64,000 nucleotides of DNA from Macrostomum lignano (lineage: Eukaryota): positions 7,961-71,960 of the forward strand of contig NIVC01003883.1 of the NCBI GenBank assembly GCA_002269645.1, in the 5' to 3' direction. The first letter of the stretch is position 1; every line of letters begins with the position of its first letter. The notes below the pieces were generated by a model, which did no database searches, was not told the DNA's origin, and worked only from the letters and a program-made list of their open reading frames with translations. Positions 14,401 through 29,400 of the stretch are shown one piece after another. Made by a program: the position numbers and the translations under genes.

Positions 14401-17400
14401 ACTGAAACTGATGCCTCATGACTCAGACAGATGCTGACTGAAACTGATGCCTCATGACTGAAACTGATGCTCATGACTGAAACTGATGCCTCATGACTCA
14501 GACAGATGCTTCATGACTGAAACTGATGCCTCATGACTCAGACAGATGCTTTCATGACTAAAACTGATGCCTCATGACTGAAACTGATGCCTCATGACTG
14601 AAACTGATGCCTCATGACTCAGACAGATGCTTCATGACTGAAACTGATGCTCATGACTCAGACAGATGCTTCATGACTGAAACTGATGCCTCATGACTCA
14701 GACAGATGCCTCATGACTGAAACTGATGTTTCATGGCTGAAACTGATGCCTCATGACTCAGACAGATGCTTCATGACTGAAACTGATGCCTCATGACTGA
14801 AACTGATGCTTCATGACTGAAACTGATGCCTCATGACTCAGACAGATGCTTTCATGACTGAAACTGATGCCTCATGACTCAGACAGATGCTTCATGACTA
14901 AAACTGATGCCTCATGACTGAAACTGATGCCTCATGACTCAGACAGATGCTTCATGACTGAAACTGATGCCTCATGACTCAGACAGATGCTTCATGACTG
15001 AAACTGATGCCTCATGACTCAGACAGATGCTTCATGACTGAAACTGATGCCTCATGACTCAGACAGATGCTTCATGACTGAAACTGATGCCTCATGACTC
15101 AGACAGATGCTTCATGACTGAAACTGATGCCTCATGACTGAAACTGATGCTCATGACTGAAACTGATGCCTCATGACTCAGACAGATGCTTCATGACTGA
15201 AACTGATGCCTCATGACTCAGACAGATGCTTCATGACTAAACTGATGCCTCATGACTGAAACTGATGTTCATGACTGAAACTGATGCCTCATGACTCAGA
15301 CAGATGCTTCATGACTGAAACTGATGCCTCATGACTCAGACAGATGCTTCATGACTGAAACTGATGCCTCATGACTGAAACTGATGCCTCATGACTGAAA
15401 CTGATGCCTCATGACTCAGACAGATGCTTCATGACTGAAACTGATGCCTCATGACTCAGACAGATGCTTCATGACTAAAACTGATGCCTCATGACTGAAA
15501 CTGATGCCTCATGACTGAAACTGATGCCTCATGACTCAGACAGATGCTTCATGACTGAAACTGATGTCTCATGACTCAGACAGATGCTTCATGACTGAAA
15601 CTGATGCCTCATGACTCAGACAGATGCCTCATGACTAAACTGATGTCATGACTGAAACTGATGTTTCATGACTGAAACTGATGCCTCATGACTCAGACAG
15701 ATGCTTCATGACTGAAACTGATGCCTCATGACTCAGACAGATGCTTCATGACTAAACTGATGCCTCATGACTGAAACTGATGCCTCATGACTGAAACTGA
15801 TGCCTCATGACTCAGACAGATGCTTCATGACTGAAACTGATGTCTCATGACTCAGACAGATGCTTCATGACTGAAACTGATGCCTCATGACTCAGACAGA
15901 TGCCTCATGACTGAAACTGATGTCATGACTGAAACTGATGTTTCATGACTGAAACTGATGCCTCATGACTCAGACAGATGCTTCATGACTGAAACTGATG
16001 CCTCATGACTCAGACAGATGCTTCATGACTGAAACTGATGCCTCATGACTGAAACTGATGCCTCATGACTGAAACTGATGCCTCATGACTCAGACAGATG
16101 CTTCATGACTGAAACTGATGCCTCATGACTCAGACAGATGCTTCATGACTAAACTGATGCCTCATGACTGAAACTGATGTTCATGACTGAAACTGATGCC
16201 TCATGACTCAGACAGATGCTTCATGACTGAAACTGATGCCTCATGACTCAGACAGATGCTTCATGACTAAAACTGATGCCTCATGACTGAAACTGATGTT
16301 TCATGACTGAAACTGATGCCTCATGACTCAGACAGATGCTTCATGACTGAAACTGATGCTCATGACTCAGACAGATGCTTTCATGACTAAAACTGATGCC
16401 TCATGACTGAAACTGATGCCTCATGACTGAAACTGATGCCTCATGACTCAGACAGATGCTTCATGACTGAAACTGATGCCTCATGACTCAGACAGATGCT
16501 TCATGACTGAAACTGATGCCTCATGACTGAAACTGATGCTTCATGACTGAAACTGATGCCTCATGACTGAAACTGATGCCTCATGACTGAAACTGATGCC
16601 TCATGACTGAAACTGATGCCTCATGACTCAGACAGATGCTTCATGACTGAAACTGATGCCTCATGACTCAGACAGATGCTTTCATGACTAAAACTGATGC
16701 CTCATGACTGAAACTGATGCCTCATGACTGAAACTGATGCCTCATGACTCAGACAGATGCTTCATGACTGAAACTGATGCTCATGACTCAGACAGATGCT
16801 TCATGACTGAAACTGATGCCTCATGACTCAGACAGATGCCTCATGACTGAAACTGATGTCATGACTGAAACTGATGTTCATGACTGAAACTGATGCCTCA
16901 TGACTCAGACAGATGCTTCATGACTGAAACTGATGCCTCATGACTCAGACAGATGCTTCATGACTGAAACTGATGCCTCATGACTGAAACTGATGCCTCA
17001 TGACTGAAACTGATGCCTCATGACTCAGACAGATGCTTCATGACTGAAACTGATGCCTCATGACTCAGACAGATGCTTCATGACTAAAACTGATGCCTCA
17101 TGACTGAAACTGATGCCTCATGACTGAAACTGATGCCTCATGACTCAGACAGATGCTTCATGACTGAAACTGATGCTCATGACTCAGACAGATGCTTCAT
17201 GACTGAAACTGATGCCTCATGACTCAGACAGATGCTCATGACTAAACTGATGTCATGACTGAAACTGATGTTTCATGACTGAAACTGATGCCTCATGACT
17301 CAGACAGATGCTTCATGACTGAAACTGATGCCTCATGACTCAGACAGATGCTTCATGACTAAAACTGATGCCTCATGACTGAAACTGATGCCTCATGACT

Positions 17401-20400
17401 GAAACTGATGCCTCATGACTCAGACAGATGCTTCATGACTGAAACTGATGCTCATGACTCAGACAGATGCTTCATGACTGAAACTGATGCCTCATGACTC
17501 AGACAGATGCCTCATGACTAAACTGATGTCATGACTGAAACTGATGTTTCATGACTGAAACTGATGCCTCATGACTCAGACAGATGCTTCATGACTGAAA
17601 CTGATGCCTCATGACTCAGACAGATGCTTCATGACTGAAACTGATGCCTCATGACTGAAACTGATGCCTCATGACTGAAACTGATGCCTCATGACTCAGA
17701 CAGATGCTTCATGACTGAAACTGATGCCTCATGACTCAGACAGATGCTTCATGACTAAACTGATGCCTCATGACTGAAACTGATGTTTCATGACTGAAAC
17801 TGATGCCTCATGACTCAGACAGATGCTTCATGACTGAAACTGATGCCTCATGACTCAGACAGATGCTTCATGACTAAAAATGATGCCTCATGACTGAAAC
17901 TGATGTTTCATGACTGAAACTGATGCCTCATGACTCAGACAGATGCTTCATGACTGAAACTGATGCCTCATGACTCAGACAGATGCTTTCATGACTAAAA
18001 CTGATGCCTCATGACTGAAACTGATGCCTCATGACTGAAACTGATGCCTCATGACTCAGACAGATGCTTCATGACTGAAACTGATGCCTCATGACTCAGA
18101 CAGATGCTTCATGACTGAAACTGATGCCTCATGACTGAAACTGATGCTTCATGACTGAAACTGATGCCTCATGACTGAAACTGATGCCTCATGACTGAAA
18201 CTGATGCCTCATGACTGAAACTGATGCCTCATGACTCAGACAGATGCTTCATGACTGAAACTGATGCCTCATGACTCAGACAGATGCTTTCATGACTAAA
18301 ACTGATGCCTCATGACTGAAACTGATGCCTCATGACTGAAACTGATGCCTCATGGCTCAGACAGATGCTTCATGACTGAAACTGATGCTCATGACTCAGA
18401 CAGATGCTTCATGACTGAAACTGATGCCTCATGACTCAGACAGATGCCTCATGACTAAACTGATGTCATGACTGAAACTGATGTTTCATGACTGAAACTG
18501 ATGCCTCATGACTCAGACAGATGCTTCATGACTGAAACTGATGCCTCATGACTCAGACAGATGCTTTCATGACTAAAACTGATGCCTCATGACTGAAACT
18601 GATGCCTCATGACTGAAACTGATGCCTCATGACTCAGACAGATGCTTCATGACTGAAACTGATGTCTCATGACTCAGACAGATGCTTCATGACTGAAACT
18701 GATGCCTCATGACTCAGACAGATGCCTCATGACTGAAACTGATGTTTCATGACTGAAACTGATGTTTCATGGCTGAAACTGATGCCTCATGACTCAGACA
18801 GATGCTTCATGACTGAAACTGATGCCTCATGACTCAGACAGATGCTTCATGACTGAAACTGATGCCTCATGACTGAAACTGATGCCTCATGACTGAAACT
18901 GATGCCTCATGACTCAGACAGATGCTTCATGACTGAAACTGATGCCTCATGACTCAGACAGATGCTTCATGACTAAAACTGATGCCTCATGACTGAAACT
19001 GATGTTCATGACTGAAACTGATGCCTCATGACTCAGACAGATGCTTCATGACTGAAACTGATGCCTCATGACTCAGACAGATGCTTCATGACTAAAACTG
19101 ATGCCTCATGACTGAAACTGATGTTATGACTGAAACTGATGCCTCATGACTCAGACAGATGCTTCATGACTGAAACTGATGCCTCATGACTCAGACAGAT
19201 GCTTTCATGACTAAAACTGATGCCTCATGACTGAAACTGATGCCATGACTGAAACTGATGCCTCATGACTCAGACAGATGCTTCATGACTGAAACTGATG
19301 CCTCATGACTCAGACAGATGCTTCATGACTGAAACTGATGCCTCATGACTGAAACTGATGCTTCATGACTGAAACTGATGCCTCATGACTGAAACTGATG
19401 CCTCATGACTGAAACTGATGCTCATGACTGAAACTGATGCCTCATGACTCAGACAGATGCTTCATGACTGAAACTGATGCCTCATGACTCAGACAGATGC
19501 TTTCATGACTAAAACTGATGCCTCATGACTGAAACTGATGCCTCATGACTGAAACTGATGCCTCATGCTCAGACAGATGCTTCATGACTGAAACTGATGC
19601 TCATGACTCAGACAGATGCTTCATGACTGAAACTGATGCCTCATGACTCAGACAGATGCCTCATGACTAAACTGATGTCATGACTGAAACTGATGTTCAT
19701 GACTGAAACTGATGCCTCATGACTCAGACAGATGCTTCATGACTGAAACTGATGCCTCATGACTCAGACAGATGCTTCATGACTGAAACTGATGCCTCAT
19801 GACTCAGACAGATGCTTTCATGACTAAAACTGATGCCTCATGACTGAAACTGATGCCTCATGACTGAAACTGATGCCTCATGACTCAGACAGATGCTTCA
19901 TGACTGAAACTGATGCTCATGACTCAGACAGATGCTTCATGACTGAAACTGATGCCTCATGACTCAGACAGATGCCTCATGACTGAAACTGATGTCATGA
20001 CTGAAACTGATGTTTCATGACTGAAACTGATGCCTCATGACTCAGACAGATGCTTCATGACTGAAACTGATGCCTCATGACTCAGACAGATGCTTCATGA
20101 CTGAAACTGATGCCTCATGACTGAAACTGATGCTCATGACTGAAACTGATGCCTCATGACTCAGACAGATGCTTCATGACTGAAACTGATGCCTCATGAC
20201 TGAAACTGATGCTCATGACTGAAACTGATGCCTCATGACTCAGACAGATGCTTCATGACTGAAACTGATGCTCATGACTCAGACAGATGCTTCATGACTA
20301 AAACTGATGCCTCATGACTGAAACTGATGCCTCATGACTGAAACTGATGTTTAATGACTGAAACTGATACCTCATGACTCAGACAGATGCTTCATGACTG

Positions 20401-23400
20401 AAACTGATGCCTCATGACTCAGACAGATGCTTTCATGACTAAAACTGATGCCTCATGACTGAAACTGATGCCTCATGACTGAAACTGATGCCTCATGACT
20501 CAGACAGATGCTTCATGACTGAAACTGATGCCTCATGACTCAGACAGATGCTTCATGACTGAAACTGATGCCTCATGACTGAAACTGATGCTTCATGACT
20601 GAAACTGATGCCTCATGACTGAAACTGATGCCTCATGACTGAAACTGATGCCTCATGACTGAAACTGATGCCTCATGACTCAGACAGATGCTTCATGACT
20701 GAAACTGATGCCTCATGACTCAGACAGATGCTTTCATGACTAAAACTGATGCCTCATGACTGAAACTGATGCCTCATGACTGAAACTGATGCCTCATGAC
20801 TCAGACAGATGCTTCATGACTGAAACTGATGCTCATGACTCAGACAGATGCTTCATGACTGAAACTGATGCCTCATGACTCAGACAGATGCCTCATGACT
20901 GAAACTGATGTCATGACTGAAACTGATGTTCATGACTGAAACTGATGCCTCATGACTCAGACAGATGCTTCATGACTGAAACTGATGCCTCATGACTCAG
21001 ACAGATGCTTCATGACTGAAACTGATGCCTCATGACTGAAACTGATGCCTCATGACTGAAACTGATGCCTCATGACTCAGACAGATGCTTCATGACTGAA
21101 ACTGATGCCTCATGACTCAGACAGATGCTTCATGACTAAAACTGATGCCTCATGACTGAAACTGATGCCTCATGACTGAAACTGATGCCTCATGACTCAG
21201 ACAGATGCTTCATGACTGAAACTGATGCTCATGACTCAGACAGATGCTTCATGACTGAAACTGATGCCTCATGACTCAGACAGATGCCTCATGACTAAAC
21301 TGATGTCATGACTGAAACTGATGTTTCATGACTGAAACTGATGCCTCATGACTCAGACAGATGCTTCATGACTGAAACTGATGCCTCATGACTCAGACAG
21401 ATGCTTCATGACTAAAACTGATGCCTCATGACTGAAACTGATGCCTCATGACTGAAACTGATGCCTCATGACTCAGACAGATGCTTCATGACTGAAACTG
21501 ATGCTCATGACTCAGACAGATGCTTCATGACTGAAACTGATGCCTCATGACTCAGACAGATGCCTCATGACTGAAACTGATGTCATGACTGAAACTGATG
21601 TTTCATGACTGAAACTGATGCCTCATGACTCAGACAGATGCTTCATGACTGAAACTGATGCCTCATGACTCAGACAGATGCTTCATGACTGAAACTGATG
21701 CCTCATGACTGAAACTGATGCCTCATGACTGAAACTGATGCCTCATGACTCAGACAGATGCTTCATGACTGAAACTGATGCCTCATGACTCAGACAGATG
21801 CTTCATGACTAAACTGATGCCTCATGACTGAAACTGATGTTTCATGACTGAAACTGATGCCTCATGACTCAGACAGATGCTTCATGACTGAAACTGATGC
21901 CTCATGACTCAGACAGATGCTTCATGACTAAAACTGATGCCTCATGACTGAAACTGATGTCATGACTGAAACTGATGCCTCATGACTCAGACAGATGCTT
22001 CATGACTGAAACTGATGCTCATGACTCAGACAGATGCTTTCATGACTAAAACTGATGCCTCATGACTGAAACTGATGCCTCATGACTGAAACTGATGCCT
22101 CATGACTCAGACAGATGCTTCATGACTGAAACTGATGCCTCATGACTCAGACAGATGCTTCATGACTGAAACTGATGCCTCATGACTGAAACTGATGCTT
22201 CATGACTGAAACTGATGCCTCATGACTGAAACTGATGCCTCATGACTGAAACTGATGCTCATGACTGAAACTGATGCCTCATGACTCAGACAGATGCTTC
22301 ATGACTGAAACTGATGCCTCATGACTCAGACAGATGCTTCATGACTAAAACTGATGCCTCATGACTGAAACTGATGCCTCATGACTGAAACTGATGCCTC
22401 ATGACTCAGACAGATGCTTCATGACTGAAACTGATGCCTCATGACTCAGACAGATGCTTCATGACTAAACTGATGCCTCATGACTGAAACTGATGTTCAT
22501 GACTGAAACTGATGCCTCATGACTCAGACAGATGCTTCATGACTGAAACTGATGCCTCATGACTCAGACAGATGCTTTCATGACTAAAACTGATGCCTCA
22601 TGACTGAAACTGATGCCTCATGACTGAAACTGATGCCTCATGACTCAGACAGATGCTTCATGACTGAAACTGATGCCTCATGACTCAGACAGATGCTTCA
22701 TGACTGAAACTGATGCCTCATGACTGAAACTGATGCTTCATGACTGAAACTGATGCCTCATGACTGAAACTGATGCCTCATGACTGAAACTGATGCCTCA
22801 TGACTGAAACTGATGCCTCATGACTCAGACAGATGCTTCATGACTGAAACTGATGCCTCATGACTCAGACAGATGCTTTCATGACTAAAACTGATGCCTC
22901 ATGACTGAAACTGATGCCTCATGACTGAAACTGATGCCTCATGACTCAGACAGATGCTTCATGACTGAAACTGATGTCTCATGACTCAGACAGATGCTTC
23001 ATGACTGAAACTGATGCCTCATGACTCAGACAGATGCCTCATGACTAAACTGATGTCATGACTGAAACTGATGTTTCATGGCTGAAACTGATGCCTCATG
23101 ACTCAGACAGATGCTTCATGACTGAAACTGATGCCTCATGACTCAGACAGATGCTTCATGACTGAAACTGATGCCTCATGACTCAGACAGATGCTTTCAT
23201 GACTAAAACTGATGCCTCATGACTGAAACTGATGCTCATGACTGAAACTGATGCCTCATGACTCAGACAGATGCTTCATGACTGAAACTGATGCTCATGA
23301 CTCAGACAGATGCTTCATGACTGAAACTGATGCCTCATGACTCAGACAGATGCCTCATGACTAAACTGATGTCATGACTGAAACTGATGTTTCATGACTG

Positions 23401-26400
23401 AAACTGATGCCTCATGACTCAGACAGATGCTTCATGACTGAAACTGATGCCTCATGACTCAGACAGATGCTTCATGACTGAAACTGATGCCTCATGACTG
23501 AAACTGATGCTCATGACTGAAACTGATGCCTCATGACTCAGACAGATGCTTCATGACTGAAACTGATGCCTCATGACTGAAACTGATGCTCATGACTGAA
23601 ACTGATGCCTCATGACTCAGACAGATGCTTCATGACTGAAACTGATGCTCATGACTCAGACAGATGCTTCATGACTAAACTGATGCCTCATGACTGAAAC
23701 TGATGCCTCATGACTGAAACTGATGTTTATGACTGAAACTGATGCCTCATGACTCAGACAGATGCTTCATGACTGAAACTGATGCCTCATGACTCAGACA
23801 GATGCTTTCATGACTAAAACTGATGCCTCATGACTGAAACTGATGCCTCATGACTGAAACTGATGCCTCATGACTCAGACAGATGCTTCATGACTGAAAC
23901 TGATGCCTCATGACTCAGACAGATGCTTCATGACTGAAACTGATGCCTCATGACTGAAACTGATGCTTCATGACTGAAACTGATGCCTCATGACTGAAAC
24001 TGATGCCTCATGACTGAAACTGATGCCTCATGACTGAAACTGATGCCTCATGACTCAGACAGATGCTTCATGACTGAAACTGATGCCTCATGACTCAGAC
24101 AGATGCTTTCATGACTAAAACTGATGCCTCATGACTGAAACTGATGCCTCATGACTGAAACTGATGCCTCATGACTCAGACAGATGCTTCATGACTGAAA
24201 CTGATGTCTCATGACTCAGACAGATGCTTCATGACTGAAACTGATGCCTCATGACTCAGACAGATGCCTCATGACTAAACTGATGTCATGACTGAAACTG
24301 ATGTTTCATGACTGAAACTGATGCCTCATGACTCAGACAGATGCTTCATGACTGAAACTGATGCCTCATGACTCAGACAGATGCTTCATGACTGAAACTG
24401 ATGCCTCATGACTGAAACTGATGCCTCATGACTGAAACTGATGCCTCATGACTCAGACAGATGCTTCATGACTGAAACTGATGCCTCATGACTCAGACAG
24501 ATGCTTTCATGACTAAAACTGATGCCTCATGACTGAAACTGATGCCTCATGACTGAAACTGATGCCTCATGGCTCAGACAGATGCTTCATGACTGAAACT
24601 GATGCTCATGACTCAGACAGATGCTTCATGACTGAAACTGATGCCTCATGACTCAGACAGATGCTCATGACTAAACTGATGTCATGACTGAAACTGATGT
24701 TTCATGACTGAAACTGATGCCTCATGACTCAGACAGATGCTTCATGACTGAAACTGATGCCTCATGACTCAGACAGATGCTTCATGACTAAAACTGATGC
24801 CTCATGACTGAAACTGATGCCTCATGACTGAAACTGATGCCTCATGGCTCAGACAGATGCTTCATGACTGAAACTGATGTCTCATGACTCAGACAGATGC
24901 TTCATGACTGAAACTGATGCCTCATGACTCAGACAGATGCCTCATGACTAAACTGATGTCATGACTGAAACTGATGTTTCATGGCTGAAACTGATGCCTC
25001 ATGACTCAGACAGATGCTTCATGACTGAAACTGATGCCTCATGACTCAGACAGATGCTTCATGACTGAAACTGATGCCTCATGACTGAAACTGATGCCTC
25101 ATGACTGAAACTGATGCCTCATGACTCAGACAGATGCTTCATGACTGAAACTGATGCCTCATGACTCAGACAGATGCTTCATGACTAAAACTGATGCCTC
25201 ATGACTGAAACTGATGTTTCATGACTGAAACTGATGCCTCATGACTCAGACAGATGCTTCATGACTGAAACTGATGCCTCATGACTCAGACAGATGCTTT
25301 CATGACTAAAACTGATGCCTCATGACTGAAACTGATGTTTCATGACTGAAACTGATACCTCATGACTCAGACAGATGCTTCATGACTGAAACTGATGCTC
25401 ATGACTCAGACAGATGCTTTCATGACTAAAACTGATGCCTCATGACTGAAACTGATGCCTCATGACTGAAACTGATGCCTCATGACTCAGACAGATGCTT
25501 CATGACTGAAACTGATGCCTCATGACTCAGACAGATGCTTCATGACTGAAACTGATGCCTCATGACTGAAACTGATGCTTCATGACTGAAACTGATGCCT
25601 CATGACTGAAACTGATGCCTCATGACTGAAACTGATGCCTCATGACTGAAACTGATGCCTCATGACTCAGACAGATGCTTCATGACTGAAACTGATGCCT
25701 CATGACTCAGACAGATGCTTTCATGACTAAAACTGATGCCTCATGACTGAAACTGATGCCTCATGACTGAAACTGATGCCTCATGGCTCAGACAGATGCT
25801 TCATGACTGAAACTGATGCTCATGACTCAGACAGATGCTTCATGACTGAAACTGATGCCTCATGACTCAGACAGATGCCTCATGACTAAACTGATGTCAT
25901 GACTGAAACTGATGTTTCATGACTGAAACTGATGCCTCATGACTCAGACAGATGCTTCATGACTGAAACTGATGCCTCATGACTCAGACAGATGCTTCAT
26001 GACTGAAACTGATGCCTCATGACTCAGACAGATGCTTTCATGACTAAACTGATGCCTCATGACTGAAACTGATGCCTCATGACTGAAACTGATGCCTCAT
26101 GGCTCAGACAGATGCTTCATGACTGAAACTGATGCTCATGACTCAGACAGATGCTTCATGACTGAAACTGATGCCTCATGACTCAGACAGATGCCTCATG
26201 ACTAAACTGATGTCATGACTGAAACTGATGTTTCATGACTGAAACTGATGCCTCATGACTCAGACAGATGCTTCATGACTGAAACTGATGCCTCATGACT
26301 CAGACAGATGCTTCATGACTGAAACTGATGCCTCATGACTGAAACTGATGCCTCATGACTGAAACTGATGCCTCATGACTCAGACAGATGCTTCATGACT

Positions 26401-29400
26401 GAAACTGATGCCTCATGACTCAGACAGATGCTTCATGACTAAAACTGATGCCTCATGACTGAAACTGATGCCTCATGACTGAAACTGATGCCTCATGACT
26501 CAGACAGATGCTTCATGACTGAAACTGATGCTCATGACTCAGACAGATGCTTCATGACTGAAACTGATGCCTCATGACTCAGACAGATGCTCATGACTAA
26601 ACTGATGTCATGACTGAAACTGATGTCATGACTGAAACTGATGCCTCATGACTCAGACAGATGCTTCATGACTGAAACTGATGCCTCATGACTCAGACAG
26701 ATGCTTTCATGACTAAAACTGATGCCTCATGACTGAAACTGATGCCTCATGACTGAAACTGATGCCTCATGACTCAGACAGATGCTTCATGACTGAAACT
26801 GATGCTCATGACTCAGACAGATGCTTCATGACTGAAACTGATGCCTCATGACTCAGACAGATGCTCATGACTGAAACTGATGTCATGACTGAAACTGATG
26901 TTTCATGACTGAAACTGATGCCTCATGACTCAGACAGATGCTTCATGACTGAAACTGATGCCTCATGACTCAGACAGATGCTTCATGACTGAAACTGATG
27001 CCTCATGACTGAAACTGATGCCTCATGACTGAAACTGATGCCTCATGACTCAGACAGATGCTTCATGACTGAAACTGATGCCTCATGACTCAGACAGATG
27101 CTTCATGACTAAACTGATGCCTCATGACTGAAACTGATGTTTCATGACTGAAACTGATGCCTCATGACTCAGACAGATGCTTCATGACTGAAACTGATGC
27201 CTCATGACTCAGACAGATGCTTCATGACTAAAACTGATGCCTCATGACTGAAACTGATGTCATGACTGAAACTGATGCCTCATGACTCAGACAGATGCTT
27301 CATGACTGAAACTGATGCCTCATGACTCAGACAGATGCTTTCATGACTAAAACTGATGCCTCATGACTGAAACTGATGCTCATGACTGAAACTGATGCCT
27401 CATGACTCAGACAGATGCTTCATGACTGAAACTGATGCCTCATGACTCAGACAGATGCTTCATGACTGAAACTGATGCCTCATGACTGAAACTGATGCTT
27501 CATGACTGAAACTGATGCCTCATGACTGAAACTGATGCCTCATGACTGAAACTGATGCCTCATGACTGAAACTGATGCCTCATGACTCAGACAGATGCTT
27601 CATGACTGAAACTGATGCCTCATGACTCAGACAGATGCTTTCATGACTAAAACTGATGCCTCATGACTGAAACTGATGCCTCATGACTGAAACTGATGCC
27701 TCATGGCTCAGACAGATGCTTCATGACTGAAACTGATGTCTCATGACTCAGACAGATGCTTCATGACTGAAACTGATGCCTCATGACTCAGACAGATGCC
27801 TCATGACTAAACTGATGTCATGACTGAAACTGATGTTTCATGACTGAAACTGATGCCTCATGACTCAGACAGATGCTTCATGACTGAAACTGATGCCTCA
27901 TGACTCAGACAGATGCTTTCATGACTAAAACTGATGCCTCATGACTGAAACTGATGCCTCATGACTGAAACTGATGCCTCATGACTCAGACAGATGCTTC
28001 ATGACTGAAACTGATGCTCATGACTCAGACAGATGCTTCATGACTGAAACTGATGCCTCATGACTCAGACAGATGCCTCATGACTGAAACTGATGTCATG
28101 ACTGAAACTGATGTTTCATGGCTGAAACTGATGCCTCATGACTCAGACAGATGCTTCATGACTGAAACTGATGCCTCATGACTCAGACAGATGCTTCATG
28201 ACTGAAACTGATGCCTCATGACTGAAACTGATGCCTCATGACTGAAACTGATGCCTCATGACTCAGACAGATGCTTCATGACTGAAACTGATGCCTCATG
28301 ACTCAGACAGATGCTTCATGACTAAAATGATGCCTCATGACTGAAACTGATGTTCATGACTGAAACTGATGCCTCATGACTCAGACAGATGCTTCATGAC
28401 TGAAACTGATGCCTCATGACTCAGACAGATGCTTTCATGACTAAAACTGATGCCTCATGACTGAAACTGATGTTATGACTGAAACTGATGCCTCATGACT
28501 CAGACAGATGCTTCATGACTGAAACTGATGCTCATGACTCAGACAGATGCTTTCATGACTAAAACTGATGCCTCATGACTGAAACTGATGCCTCATGACT
28601 GAAACTGATGCCTCATGACTCAGACAGATGCTTCATGACTGAAACTGATGCCTCATGACTCAGACAGATGCTTCATGACTGAAACTGATGCCTCATGACT
28701 GAAACTGATGCTCATGACTGAAACTGATGCCTCATGACTGAAACTGATGCCTCATGACTGAAACTGATGCCTCATGACTGAAACTGATGCCTCATGACTC
28801 AGACAGATGCTTCATGACTGAAACTGATGCCTCATGACTCAGACAGATGCTTTCATGACTAAAACTGATGCCTCATGACTGAAACTGATGCCTCATGACT
28901 GAAACTGATGCCTCATGACTCAGACAGATGCTTCATGACTGAAACTGATGCTCATGACTCAGACAGATGCTTCATGACTGAAACTGATGCCTCATGACTC
29001 AGACAGATGCTCATGACTGAAACTGATGTCATGACTGAAACTGATGTTTCATGGCTGAAACTGATGCCTCATGACTCAGACAGATGCTTCATGACTGAAA
29101 CTGATGCCTCATGACTCAGACAGATGCTTCATGACTGAAACTGATGCCTCATGACTGAAACTGATGCTCATGACTGAAACTGATGCCTCATGACTCAGAC
29201 AGATGCTTCATGACTGAAACTGATGCCTCATGACTGAAGATGATTCATGACTGAAACTGATGCCTCATGACTCAGACAGATGCTTCATGACTGAAACTGA
29301 TGCCTCATGACTCAGACAGATGCTTCATGACTGAAACTGATGCCTCATGACTCAGACAGATGCTTCATGACTGAAACTGATGCCTCATGACTGAAACTGA